The notes beneath the pieces were generated by a model. It saw nothing but the letters and a program-made list of their open reading frames with translations, was not told the origin of the DNA and did no database searches. Position numbers and translations under genes: made by a program. A DNA stretch of 64,000 bases from a virus. Taxonomy: Duplodnaviria > Caudoviricetes. Positions 10,075 to 19,132 of this stretch are shown piece after piece. Every line of letters starts with the position of its first letter. The first letter of the stretch is position 1. Location: the IMG/VR virus record IMGVR_UViG_3300045015_000053; one strand, written 5' to 3'.

Positions 10075-10439
10075 AAAGAAAAATGTCAGTCTGCAAGATC
10101 TGGATGATCGGATCTCCCGCTTTGGTGTTGGGCATCGCCCACTACTCCGAAGACGACCCGAACGACGCATATTGGACGAAGTTCCAGTTGTTCACTGGGG
10201 AAGAGTATCTCGAATCCGCAGATCCCGGTTTGAAGAATTACGCCGCGAAGAACGTCAAGTACCACGGCGACACGATAATCCTTGTCGGCAAGCAACTTCA
10301 AGTTTTGAAGAAGGTCCACGACTTCGATCTGGGCGAGGCACCTTCCGTCGAAATCACCAAAGAGGAGGCCGACCTCTTGCACAAGGAACTGGCCGTAGAC
10401 GGCTGGCAGGATTTCGACTGGGAAACTTGGGGCAAATGA
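10071..10439 (+). CDS. hypothetical protein
   Basis: ATGA coupling, typical codon usage. Confidence 0.7.
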   Translation: MKRKMSVCKIWMIGSPALVLGIAHYSEDDPNDAYWTKFQLFTGEEYLESADPGLKNYAAKNVKYHGDTIILVGKQLQVLKKVHDFDLGEAPSVEITKEEADLLHKELAVDGWQDFDWETWGK

Positions 10440-10463
10440 CCTTCCGCCTTTAACTGGAGCAGT

Positions 10464-11114
10464 ATGGGTGCGACTTTTGGCGATCAAAAGTCCGTCCTGA
10501 TCGTTGACGAAAACCCCGAACCCGGTCGGTTCGCGTTGTACGCGGACCCGCCGAAGCAGCCCTCTTGGGAGAAGTGTCGGGAGAAGTTCGCGGCGATGAT
10601 CAAACCGGAGACGCCGGGTTTCTTGTTCAGTCACAGCCCGACTCAGGGGACGCATGTCGCGGGATTTCTTTCTAAGTCCGAAGACATACTTGATCTGAAT
10701 CTACGAAGTGTGTATTCTTTGACCGACCGGGAGAACGTCCTGTGGGTCGAGCCGGCACGTTTTTGGATGGACTGCTGGATTCGTCGCTCGCTGCTCACCA
10801 TCCTGCTGCGGTGCGGGATGTACTACGACTGCGGCAGCGACAACTACGAGGATGCGTTGTTTGGCAAGGGCGATGAAAAGGATCAAGCCCGTGAGTACAC
10901 TAACCGGACGAAACCGGCTGTGATGCGGTTCATGTTCGGGTTCACCAAGTTTGTGATGCCCGAAGGGATGTCCGAGCCGACCGGCGTAGTCCAGTCAAAA
11001 ATCTGGGTGGACGTTTTCAACAGCAAGACGACGCAGGAACTGAAATCGATTCTGGTGGCCGAAACACCCATGCCCTGTTTCGGCCGACTCGGAGCAGACG
11101 CAATCTGGGCATAG
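10464..11114 (+). CDS. hypothetical protein
   Basis: 216-aa ORF with GGAG RBS. Confidence 0.75.
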   Translation: MGATFGDQKSVLIVDENPEPGRFALYADPPKQPSWEKCREKFAAMIKPETPGFLFSHSPTQGTHVAGFLSKSEDILDLNLRSVYSLTDRENVLWVEPARFWMDCWIRRSLLTILLRCGMYYDCGSDNYEDALFGKGDEKDQAREYTNRTKPAVMRFMFGFTKFVMPEGMSEPTGVVQSKIWVDVFNSKTTQELKSILVAETPMPCFGRLGADAIWA

Positions 11115-11123
11115 GAGACAAAT

Positions 11124-11441
11124 ATGCTGAACCTCACCGATGAAACTTTCAAGGCCGAACTCGCGAAGCCGGGTGTTCTGGTGGTCGATTTCTGGGCCGT
11201 CTGGTGTCCCCCGTGCCGCGCCATGTCACCCGTTCTCGACAAGGTAGCCGCCGCGTTCCCGAACGTGACCTTTGCGAAGGTCAACGCCCCGGAGAACAGT
11301 GAACTATCGACCGAGTATCAGATCCAGACCATCCCGGCGTTCTTGATTTTCAAAGACGGCAAGCTGGTACACCGCTGGAGCGGTTCGTGCAGTGCCGAGC
11401 AGTTCGGACAGATTTTGAAGGACCACGGTGTAACCGGCTGA
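11124..11441 (+). CDS. trxA: thioredoxin
   Basis: VVDFWAVWCPPC and IQTIPAFLIFKDG. Confidence 0.9.
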   Translation: MLNLTDETFKAELAKPGVLVVDFWAVWCPPCRAMSPVLDKVAAAFPNVTFAKVNAPENSELSTEYQIQTIPAFLIFKDGKLVHRWSGSCSAEQFGQILKDHGVTG

Positions 11442-11504
11442 ACAAACCGGGGAATTTTGTCTATAGTGACCCTGTTCCAGACATTCCCCAGTTACGAGAC
11501 AGCC

Positions 11505-11888
11505 ATGAATACGCCTGCAATGCAGTTCAAAGACGCCGACGCCGCGAAGAAGTGGGAAGAGGGTTTGAGCAAGAACACCGACTCCTACGGTCGCGGCGTG
11601 TACACCTACGCATCGCGGTGGGCGCTGCTGATGGAGCAGAAGCTTGCCGAGGGCAAGAAACTTCAAGAGGTCGCCGAGAAGACCTCGCACGAGGCCGATA
11701 CGGAAGGCATCACCGGGTACATGTACGGGTGCGCCGTGGGCATCCTCGCGACCGTGTGGGTCCACGGCGAAATGCTTCGCCGGTGGCACAACAAGGAAAT
11801 CCAAATCGGGACCGAGGGCGATGAGGCCAACGAGAAGCCCGGAGCCGTTCTCAGCCCGGCCCTGCTCGGCGTCTCCCAGAGCAACTAA
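11505..11888 (+). CDS. hypothetical protein
   Basis: ORF; start chosen at internal ATG. Confidence 0.7.
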   Translation: MNTPAMQFKDADAAKKWEEGLSKNTDSYGRGVYTYASRWALLMEQKLAEGKKLQEVAEKTSHEADTEGITGYMYGCAVGILATVWVHGEMLRRWHNKEIQIGTEGDEANEKPGAVLSPALLGVSQSN

Positions 11889-11917
11889 GAAACCGGCATC
11901 CAACAGAGGACCGAACA

Positions 11918-12748
11918 GTGAGTTCCCCCAACGTGTTCTTTACGTCCGATACGCACTTCGGACACGACAATATCATGAAGTATTGTCGGCGCGACAAGTT
12001 CATGACGGCCGAAGAAGTTCAGATGCTCGACGCTTCCGACCGGGGCGAGATCGACCAGCGGAAGGTCCGCATCAGTCCGGCGAGCATCGACCGGATGAAC
12101 ACCGCGATGATCGACAACATCAACGCGGTTGTCAAGCCCAACGACGTGCTGTGGCACTTGGGGGACGTGTTCTGGGGTCACAACAACTTCGACTTCGCGA
12201 AGTCGATCCGCGACCGGATCAACTGCAAGACGATCCACCACGTCTGGGGCAACCACGACGAACCGGAGATCGTGTCGCTGTTCGCGTCCTCGCAACACTA
12301 TGCCGAGGTGGTGGTCGAACACCAGAAGATCTTCATGTGCCACTACCCGATGCGGGCGTGGGACAAGAGCCACAAGGGTTCGTGGCAACTCTACGGCCAC
12401 GTCCACGGCGGCAAGTGGGACGAAGACAAGTACGGTCTGGAAGCCAAAACTCGTTCGGCTCTCGAAGGTCGCTTCCGTGGGACTATCGACAAGTTTTACA
12501 AGGAAATGGGCCTGAACGTCAGTAGTGCGGTCGATTCGTGGGTGGGCGATCTCGCCCGGCTACTGTCGCAAGACGTGGCCGACGAGAACTGCCACATGCT
12601 GACGCTGGACGCGGGTGTCGATACGCACGACTATCGGCCGTGGAGCATGGACGAACTCCGCGCCGAACTCAAGCCGAAGCTGGAAGCGGCTCGGTTGCGT
12701 CGTGAAGCTGAAAAGGCCGCGATCCCGGCCGGTTCCCGCAAAGCCTGA
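11918..12748 (+). CDS. calcineurin-like metallophosphoesterase
   Basis: FTSDTHFGH, WHLGD, WGNHD, CHYP, LYGHVH. Confidence 0.9.
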   Translation: MSSPNVFFTSDTHFGHDNIMKYCRRDKFMTAEEVQMLDASDRGEIDQRKVRISPASIDRMNTAMIDNINAVVKPNDVLWHLGDVFWGHNNFDFAKSIRDRINCKTIHHVWGNHDEPEIVSLFASSQHYAEVVVEHQKIFMCHYPMRAWDKSHKGSWQLYGHVHGGKWDEDKYGLEAKTRSALEGRFRGTIDKFYKEMGLNVSSAVDSWVGDLARLLSQDVADENCHMLTLDAGVDTHDYRPWSMDELRAELKPKLEAARLRREAEKAAIPAGSRKA

Positions 12749-12769
12749 TCTTGTTCCCAGAGACGAGCC

Positions 12770-13210
12770 ATGCAACGGACGAGAATGACTTTCGCTCAGT
12801 TTGACGAACAGTTCATCGTAAAAGGTGGACTGTTCCTCGCCGTCCACTCGAAACTCGCAACCAACTGCAACGGCGACCGCGTCAAAATCTTCGAGATCGA
12901 TTTGATCTGCGAATGGCACGGCACAGACAAGCTCCGCTACTTCGCCGTCGAGTTCGACACCGAGAAGCAATACGACCGCATCGTAGTATACCTGAAACTC
13001 TGCGCCGACCTCCTTCGGGATTCGGTCCTTTCCAGCATCGATACGCTCGATGAGTTCGAGGCTGCCGGCCCGCGTACCGAAACACACGCATGCCTCGTTT
13101 GTGCGGGGCGGGGTCTGGTTTGGGAACGCATGGTAATTTCGGGGGTTGAAAGCAACGCTAGTTACTGCCCCAATTGCAGTGGCGCAGGCAAGACCACTCA
13201 CCCGGTGTAA
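12770..13210 (+). CDS. hypothetical protein with C-terminal CxxC-CxxC; paralog of next gene
   Basis: CLVCAGRG...CPNCSGAG; N-terminal domain aligns with 13212..13652. Confidence 0.7.
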   Translation: MQRTRMTFAQFDEQFIVKGGLFLAVHSKLATNCNGDRVKIFEIDLICEWHGTDKLRYFAVEFDTEKQYDRIVVYLKLCADLLRDSVLSSIDTLDEFEAAGPRTETHACLVCAGRGLVWERMVISGVESNASYCPNCSGAGKTTHPV

Positions 13211-13211
13211 A

Positions 13212-13652
13212 ATGAAACGCGACCGCATTGACTTCGCCACGTTCAAGGCGAATTTCATCGACCACCCGGACGGCTACTTCTCGGTCTATTCCAATCTGGA
13301 AGAGGACTACGAGGGGAACCGTGTCAGGTTACTGTTGCTCGACATGATCTGCGAGTGGCGGCTCGATGACGGGTGCATCAAGTTTGTCGAGGTGCCTTTC
13401 GACACCGAGGAAGAGTTTAAGCAACTCATCGCGTACCTCCGCGTTACCGCCGGTCTGCTCAATGCCGCGATTTTGGAGCGGATCGGCGAACTGTCCTATA
13501 CTGAGAGCAGACCCGAATCGGAGGCCGTTCCTTTCCCTCCGAGCAGTCTCCCGAAACTGTCCGACGAGAAGCTGGAACAGATCAGGAAACAGGTGGTCAG
13601 CTACGAGCTTTCGCTGCTCGCGGACGCTCTGCGTGAACAACGGGGAGAATGA
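13212..13652 (+). CDS. hypothetical protein, tandem paralog of previous gene
   Basis: Shared G(D/N)RV, D(L/M)ICEW and FDTE motifs. Confidence 0.7.
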   Translation: MKRDRIDFATFKANFIDHPDGYFSVYSNLEEDYEGNRVRLLLLDMICEWRLDDGCIKFVEVPFDTEEEFKQLIAYLRVTAGLLNAAILERIGELSYTESRPESEAVPFPPSSLPKLSDEKLEQIRKQVVSYELSLLADALREQRGE

Positions 13653-13653
13653 C

Positions 13654-14097
13654 ATGTTCGGTTTGTTCGGCTGGCTGTTCGGTCGGAGTTCCAACAAGGG
13701 GAAATCGCCCAAGAAGCCCGTCGAACCCGAACGGCTTCGATTCGTCAAAGCTCTTTGCGAGCGTAATCCAGAGGTCAACAAGTCCCCCGGCCAGTGGTCG
13801 TTGGGTTACATGTACACCTTCTGCATGATTTTCCCTGACGGCATCAAGATTGAAGTCGAATACAACATCGTGCGGCGCGAGTGGGACATGGAAATCTGGA
13901 GTGCCAACGCCGGCACCTTCCTGTACTACTACGACTGCCTCGACCGCAAGCCTTACGAAACCATCGACTACTTGATTGATCGTTTCGGCTTGCAGGCCAA
14001 GCTGAACAGGGCCATCGCAGAGAAGAAAGCCCGCGAAAGCAAGAAGAATGATCAAGTCGCCAAAATCAAGGCGAAATACCTCGGAGATCAGTCGTGA
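13654..14097 (+). CDS. hypothetical protein
   Basis: MFGLFGWLFG start after GGAG. Confidence 0.7.
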   Translation: MFGLFGWLFGRSSNKGKSPKKPVEPERLRFVKALCERNPEVNKSPGQWSLGYMYTFCMIFPDGIKIEVEYNIVRREWDMEIWSANAGTFLYYYDCLDRKPYETIDYLIDRFGLQAKLNRAIAEKKARESKKNDQVAKIKAKYLGDQS

Positions 14098-14432
14098 CTC
14101 GTGACATTGAAGACAAGGCGACAGAACGCGCCAGAAAAGTCGATACCACTCTGTTGCCGTTCAAGTCCTCGGCGACGGACTGGCTGACGTGGATCAACGA
14201 CGCCGGACAGTGGATGTTCATCGAGAAGGCGGTCGTAGCCGCCGCCGCAACCCACTACGGTTACGAGTTCGACGCCGCGTTCAAGTGGGTGGGACAGACC
14301 ATTCTCGACTGGTTGCAGAAACCGGAGAACGCCATCAGGCCGCGTGAGATCTGGAACTTCAACTTCCGTGGTGGGTTCAGTGTGAAGTTCGGCGCGTTCC
14401 AGAACCAGTGTTTTGTGTTCATGCCGCGATAG
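14094..14432 (+). CDS. hypothetical protein
   Basis: GTGA coupling with upstream gene. Confidence 0.65.
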   Translation: MTRDIEDKATERARKVDTTLLPFKSSATDWLTWINDAGQWMFIEKAVVAAAATHYGYEFDAAFKWVGQTILDWLQKPENAIRPREIWNFNFRGGFSVKFGAFQNQCFVFMPR

Positions 14433-14434
14433 CG

Positions 14435-14464
14435 AAGAAGCCCCGGAGATCTCCGGGGCTTCTT
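14435..14464. terminator. bidirectional terminator / perfect 30-bp palindrome
   Basis: AAGAAGCCCCGGAGATCTCCGGGGCTTCTT between convergent genes. Confidence 0.75.
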
Positions 14465-14467
14465 GCT

Positions 14468-14767
14468 TTAGAACGTCAGTTCCGAGGCCGCGAACGACAA
14501 GAGCATGCCGTTGTCGAGTGCGACGAGCCAGTTCGGAACCGAAACTCTGGCCTCCGACACTTTCTTGACTTTCTCTTTGCCGTACTGGTTTTTCTTGTCG
14601 AGCTTCACTTTGAACTCGTGGATGTACGGATAGGTGTATGGCCCGGCCAACACCGTACCCATCAAGTCCTGAAGTGCGCCCCCAACGGAATTGACTTTGA
14701 CCCGCTTGCCCTCGTCGTTTCGTCCCTGGACGAGTGTGGCATCATCGGACAGTTTGGGATGGAGCAT
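14468..14767 (-). CDS. hypothetical protein
   Basis: 99-aa ORF converging on the terminator. Confidence 0.65.
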   Translation of the reverse strand: MLHPKLSDDATLVQGRNDEGKRVKVNSVGGALQDLMGTVLAGPYTYPYIHEFKVKLDKKNQYGKEKVKKVSEARVSVPNWLVALDNGMLLSFAASELTF

Positions 14768-14845
14768 AGCAATTAAGTAGTAACCCGGCTCAGAATTTGC
14801 TCCTGCGGCATACGATAAGAGATCGGCAAAAATCTGGAATTAGGG

Positions 14846-14874
14846 TTTACAAAGTCCGGGGGTTTGTCGATACT
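14846..14874 (+). promoter_or_regulatory. sigma70-like promoter for the non-coding RNA cluster
   Basis: TTTACA-N17-GATACT. Confidence 0.6.
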
Positions 14875-14879
14875 GAAAT

Positions 14880-15135
14880 TGTGACGGGTGGGACGCGACG
14901 AGCAAATAAAACAACGACAAGTTGACAAACTGCTCCGAACGGCCTACACTGACTTGACAAGACACCGGAGACACGCCGTGCCGGGTAGGATCGAATGAAT
15001 GGGCGACGTTCGGTCGCCGGCACGGTGTGCTTATGGCGGTCGGTTTGAAACGGCAAGCACGCAAAAACGGACAACGTTCAACTAAGATTGCGTTCTCCAA
15101 ACTTGTGCGACCCGTATGCCTTCCGACCGCCTCCT
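14880..15135 (+). ncRNA. unidentified structured RNA
   Basis: No credible ORF; stems CACGCCGTGCCGG/CCGGCACGGTGTG and GGCGGTCGG/CCGACCGCC. Confidence 0.45.
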
Positions 15136-15230
15136 GGGGGAGTAGCTCAGAGGCCAGAGCGCAATCTAGGGAGCCGATTAAAAACCGGCAAACGTGATTG
15201 AGGTCGTTGGTTCGACTCCAACCTCCCCCA
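15136..15230 (+). tRNA. tRNA-like RNA with 29-nt anticodon loop
   Basis: Acceptor GGGGGAG/CTCCCCC, normal D and T arms, stem CAATC/GATTG enclosing 15167-15195. Confidence 0.7.
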
Positions 15231-15233
15231 CTC

Positions 15234-15299
15234 GGCAGGATGTTAGTAGCGGACTACATTACACCAACACCAATGTGTCTCTACGATTTTTTGCCTGCC
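15234..15299 (+). ncRNA. tRNA-associated ATG/TTTTTG RNA module, copy 1
   Basis: GGCAGG-ATG...ACATT...AATGT...TTTTTTG-CCTGCC, 3 nt after a tRNA-like gene. Confidence 0.6.
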
Positions 15300-15307
15300 A
15301 CAACATG

Positions 15308-15630
15308 CCCCTGGTGGGGCGATCTGCCGGAATGGGCGACGGCAGACGTAACGCCAGGGGCTTCTTAAATCCAGAACGGGTCAGCGAAAAAGCACCAACG
15401 GCATGTAAGAGTGCCTACCCGTTCTGGACTCGTCTTCCGCCTTATCAGCGGAAGTGGTGGAGGCGACGGTGTCACCAACATCGCTGCCCTTCGGAGAGTA
15501 AACTCCGAGCGACTCCGGTCGCGAAACAAATCTGGTGGATCGCTGGCTACTGCCGGCCCCCGGAGTACAGTCTTCGGACGGGCTTGACCCGGAAACAAAA
15601 CTGATGTGGAGTTCCTGTAAAAAGGGGCTT
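15308..15630 (+). ncRNA. unidentified multi-hairpin RNA
   Basis: Stems GCCCCTGG/CCAGGGGC, TCCAGAACGGG/CCCGTTCTGGA, TTCCGC/GCGGAA; no credible ORF. Confidence 0.5.
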
Positions 15631-15635
15631 CATAT

Positions 15636-15707
15636 GGGGAGCAGGTGTCAAGGGACACGTCCTGGCTAATCACCGGGAAGAGTGGGGTTCGATTCCCCGG
15701 CTCCCCT
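15636..15707 (+). tRNA. tRNA-Ile(AAT)
   Basis: Acceptor GGGGAGC/GCTCCCC; CCTGG-CT AAT CA-CCGGG; T loop TTCGATT. Confidence 0.65.
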
Positions 15708-15736
15708 CTGGCGATGGGGATATACCCCTCGCCTCT

Positions 15737-15827
15737 CACTCGCAACATTTTTGACCCGGTCGGGGTGCGATCCCCGTGGGTATGCAGTAGCGGGTGTACA
15801 TTCATGAAAAGCGGAGGGACGTAATGT
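15737..15827 (+). ncRNA. tRNA-associated RNA module, permuted copy 2
   Basis: CACTCGC..TTTTTG-ACCC[T-arm-like hairpin]GGGT-ATG..GCGGGTG-TACATT..AATGT. Confidence 0.5.
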
Positions 15828-15920
15828 CCGAACACTACCAGAGGGGACCGCCCCTGAGAATGTACTACCCCTATATGGCACCCATGTCCGCATACCGCAT
15901 CTGATCGCGCGGGCCGGGTG

Positions 15921-15955
15921 ACAAAAACCCCAGTGAAACCCACTGGGGTTTTTGT
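15921..15955. terminator. intrinsic terminator, A- and T-tailed
   Basis: ACAAAAACCCCAGTG/CACTGGGGTTTTTGT. Confidence 0.8.
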
Positions 15956-15974
15956 TTTTCAAGATAGATACAGC

Positions 15975-16769
15975 ATGCACACCGTCTTCGCCGAGTGGCT
16001 GTTCGAGCGGACCACCGATCCCGAACGCCGCGCCAGAATCGACAAGGCTTTCAACACCCTGAAGGCGTTCATGGAAAAGGTCGTCAAAGAAGACACCTTC
16101 TCCGACTACTTCCAGACGGACGGCGACTTCTACTACTTCTTTCCCTGCGTCAAGCACCTGCCCGAAGTCTTCAAAGGGAACATGGAGTTCATCGCTCAGA
16201 AGTTCGACAAGGAAGCTCAACAAGACACGAACCCTCTGATGGGCCAGCAGATCGACTACAGCGGCGGGTTCAACTTCCTCGACCACGATCCGCCGCTGTT
16301 CACCTTCGTCTTCCAGACCGACCGCAAGACGTTCATCCAGAACTTTCCGAAGTATTGTGCCAACTGGTTGTCACAGGTTCGGCAGACCTTCAATCACGAG
16401 TACAACCACTACCTCGACTGGCTCGACTCGGACGGGAAGGCGATCCCCGCCAAGAACATCTGGAACGCCGGCGCGGGCGAGGCCCAACGGAAGAAATACT
16501 TCAACTCGACGCACGAGGTCAACTCGTTCTTCACCGACATGGTGATGGACGACTTCGAGTTCGTGCGGGGCGGGATGTTCTCGAAGATGCCGCCGGCCAA
16601 GAAACTCGCGGTGTTCGAGAAGATGTACGGCCGGGACGCTCGCGAGTACGTCGCCAAGTTCTGGACCCGCAAACAGGGCTTCTCCGAGTTCTCCACGGAA
16701 ACCCGCAAGCGGCTGTCGAAACGACTGTACGCCGCCTACCAGCAACTGAAGGCCGAAATCTCGGCTTGA
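15975..16769 (+). CDS. HExxH protein with capsid-targeting-like N-terminus
   Basis: FNHEYNHY and THEVNSF; MHTVFAEWLFE; TAGATA 4 nt upstream. Confidence 0.75.
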   Translation: MHTVFAEWLFERTTDPERRARIDKAFNTLKAFMEKVVKEDTFSDYFQTDGDFYYFFPCVKHLPEVFKGNMEFIAQKFDKEAQQDTNPLMGQQIDYSGGFNFLDHDPPLFTFVFQTDRKTFIQNFPKYCANWLSQVRQTFNHEYNHYLDWLDSDGKAIPAKNIWNAGAGEAQRKKYFNSTHEVNSFFTDMVMDDFEFVRGGMFSKMPPAKKLAVFEKMYGRDAREYVAKFWTRKQGFSEFSTETRKRLSKRLYAAYQQLKAEISA

Positions 16770-16776
16770 AATGTCG

Positions 16777-16791
16777 CGCAATTTCGGAGAC
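16777..16791 (+). promoter_or_regulatory. conserved intergenic 15-mer CGCAATTTCGGAGAC
   Basis: Identical copies at 18750, 48235 and 52365. Confidence 0.6.
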
Positions 16792-16842
16792 TGTTTTCCC
16801 CGTGCTTGTTGGTAGTGTTCACACTCTACCAATGAGGGAAAC

Positions 16843-17151
16843 ATGCTGCACTACGTCACGCCGGAAATGGGCGACAAGGCTCCCGAAAGCGCCAAGACGT
16901 TCGCCAAACTCGCCCACTACGGCCGGCACTATTTCCTCGATTCCACCCTCGGCCCGGACGTGATCAAGGGCATGGGAGTCGTCTACCGTGGGCAGTACAA
17001 GGAAGACGCCAGCGACGACCCCCTCAAGATGGAACTGCGTTGCGAGAAGGGTTCCAAACTCGCGAACCACTACAGCTACAAGGTGACCATCCGGGCGTTC
17101 GAGAAACTTGGTAAAACCATCGACATCGCAGTGGACTGCCCACTGGATTAA
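16843..17151 (+). CDS. hypothetical protein
   Basis: GAGG RBS, typical codon usage. Confidence 0.7.
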   Translation: MLHYVTPEMGDKAPESAKTFAKLAHYGRHYFLDSTLGPDVIKGMGVVYRGQYKEDASDDPLKMELRCEKGSKLANHYSYKVTIRAFEKLGKTIDIAVDCPLD

Positions 17152-17159
17152 GGAGCAAC

Positions 17160-17573
17160 TTGTCAGAGATCGCTGTAGTTTGTACGCACTGTCAGAATCC
17201 GATGAACGTCCCGAAAACGTTCACCGGCCGGTTCGCCGAGTTCCATTGCAAGAACTGCGGCCGGTCCTTCGGTGTGACCCCGACCGACTCTCAGGTCCGC
17301 ACTCTCAGTCGCGGCGCGGAGTCGATGAGGGGGAAGGTCGCCGAGCAGATGGCTAAGGCCGGGCAAGAGATCCTCGGCCTGCCCGTTCAACTGACCCAGA
17401 TGAAAGAGGTCAAGTGGGCGGTCCAGTGCCGAGTCGAAGCTGTCACCCCCACAGGGGTCGCCATTCCGCTCGGAATTGTTCGATTTTCTGATGCGGGCAA
17501 GGTGTATTCCGAGCAATCCGGGTCTACACTGTCCGAGATCATGGACCGCGTAGACCCCAAATCCCGATGCTAA
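17160..17573 (+). CDS. zinc-ribbon protein
   Basis: CTHC...CKNCG; TTG start after AAGGAG. Confidence 0.7.
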   Translation: MSEIAVVCTHCQNPMNVPKTFTGRFAEFHCKNCGRSFGVTPTDSQVRTLSRGAESMRGKVAEQMAKAGQEILGLPVQLTQMKEVKWAVQCRVEAVTPTGVAIPLGIVRFSDAGKVYSEQSGSTLSEIMDRVDPKSRC

Positions 17574-17582
17574 GGTGCTTCA

Positions 17583-18452
17583 ATGGGACGTGAAGTTCGT
17601 CGTGTGCCGGCCGATTTCAACTGGCCGCTCAAGAAGGTCTGGTCGGGCTTTCAGATGCCCGACGAACTTCACAGTCTCCCTTGCTACCACTGCGGCGGGC
17701 AGGGCGTGAACGCGGCCACCCGCGTTCTGTCCGATAGCTGGTACGATCAGGCCGGTTTCGTGATGGTGGGCTACCAGTTCGCACCGCACGTCACGGACGC
17801 AGAGATCGCCGAGATGGTCAAGAAGGCCGGTGGGCGGTGGACGTACCGTTACGGCCAAGACCGCAACGGGAACGTCGCGGAACGCCCGCCGTGGAAGGTC
17901 ATCGGCGACTATCGCGGCTGGTGTCACGACCTCACCCAAGACGAAGTTCAGCTTCTCTTCGATGAGGGTCGTTTCTACCGGCTCAAAGAAACGGGCGTCT
18001 GCCCCACCGCCGCTGAGATCAACGAGGCGTACCAGCACGGCATGGGCCACGACGCCATCAACATGTGGATCTGCGTCAAGGCCCGCGCACAACGCATGGG
18101 CATCTACGGCCACTGCACCCACTGCAACGGTGAAGGCCGACTCTGGCGGGACGAAGAACACAAGCGGTTGCACGAAGAGTGGCAAGAGACGCCCGTTCCC
18201 GAAGGTCCGGCCTACCAAATCTGGGAGACGGTCAGTGAGGGTTCGCCCGTTTCGCCGGCCTTCTTGAAACCAGAAGACCTCGCGCGGTGGATGGTGCGTA
18301 ACGACGACTCCGTCACCAGCGGCACCAGCTTCGAGGGGTGGGTCAAGTTCATCACGAAGGTCGGGTTCGCGCCGAGTGGTGTGGGCGTCGGCGGCAACAT
18401 CAAGAGCGGCGTCGAGACACTTTCCGAACGTGTCGAAGAGGACGATCAGTGA
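17583..18452 (+). CDS. hypothetical protein with CxxCxGxG zinc-finger motifs
   Basis: CYHCGGQG and CTHCNGEG. Confidence 0.75.
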   Translation: MGREVRRVPADFNWPLKKVWSGFQMPDELHSLPCYHCGGQGVNAATRVLSDSWYDQAGFVMVGYQFAPHVTDAEIAEMVKKAGGRWTYRYGQDRNGNVAERPPWKVIGDYRGWCHDLTQDEVQLLFDEGRFYRLKETGVCPTAAEINEAYQHGMGHDAINMWICVKARAQRMGIYGHCTHCNGEGRLWRDEEHKRLHEEWQETPVPEGPAYQIWETVSEGSPVSPAFLKPEDLARWMVRNDDSVTSGTSFEGWVKFITKVGFAPSGVGVGGNIKSGVETLSERVEEDDQ

Positions 18453-18742
18453 AAATCTCCGTCACGCAGGCCGACATCGATCAGGCCGCGAATTGGCAAG
18501 AAGACTTGCAACGAAACCCGGTCGCGTGGGCGATTCGCCGGACGACCGGCATTCCAACCTCGGCCGGGCCGGGCGCGGCGGTGATCGACTACTGCACGCC
18601 GTGGCAGTCCGAGTGCTGGTTGCCGGACGAGATCATCGACTGGCTCGAAAACTTCAACAACGGCGAGGAGGTCGAGCCGATTGAGTTCGAGATCGATTTC
18701 GATCTGGAGGCTCACGAGACGCGGCGGGCCGGTCGGCGATAA
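18449..18742 (+). CDS. hypothetical protein
   Basis: GTGA coupling; MKISVTQADID. Confidence 0.65.
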   Translation: MKISVTQADIDQAANWQEDLQRNPVAWAIRRTTGIPTSAGPGAAVIDYCTPWQSECWLPDEIIDWLENFNNGEEVEPIEFEIDFDLEAHETRRAGRR

Positions 18743-18749
18743 ACTTCGG

Positions 18750-18764
18750 CGCAATTTCGGAGAC
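18750..18764 (+). promoter_or_regulatory. conserved intergenic 15-mer CGCAATTTCGGAGAC
   Basis: Second of four identical copies. Confidence 0.6.
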
Positions 18765-18819
18765 TCGGTCTGGGCGGTTTCTAAGTGGTGGAGACGGTTT
18801 CGCGAACGGGAGACGGGCC

Positions 18820-19131
18820 ATGACGTTCGGCGACGAAGTGATGGTGATCGAACGGCTGGTGCGGTGTGGTTCGGGAGTCAACTACAACTCCCGAACCATG
18901 TATCCGGCCTTGATCGGTAAAACCGGCGTCGTCAAGTTCTACGACGACGAGGCGTACAACACCGACTACCCGACCGGGTACGAGCGTGTGACTGTGACGG
19001 TCGAGATCGACGGGAAGGAACACGACGTGGACGGCGCACACGTCGTCAAGGTGTGTCAGGTGTGCAAGCACATGGGTTGTCGCGGCGGCGAACATACCTA
19101 CAACCAAACCTGCCTTTGCACTCGGAAGTAA
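18820..19131 (+). CDS. hypothetical protein
   Basis: GGGAG RBS. Confidence 0.65.
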   Translation: MTFGDEVMVIERLVRCGSGVNYNSRTMYPALIGKTGVVKFYDDEAYNTDYPTGYERVTVTVEIDGKEHDVDGAHVVKVCQVCKHMGCRGGEHTYNQTCLCTRK

Positions 19132-19132
19132 C

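Noticed and set aside
15308-15630. RNase P or SRP RNA
   Set aside because: GAGGAAAGUCC and the SRP GGAAG..AGCAG helix are absent.
15710-15733. Fluoride riboswitch (starts GGCGATGG)
   Set aside because: It is a simple hairpin lacking the downstream pseudoknot elements, and is not upstream of a CDS.
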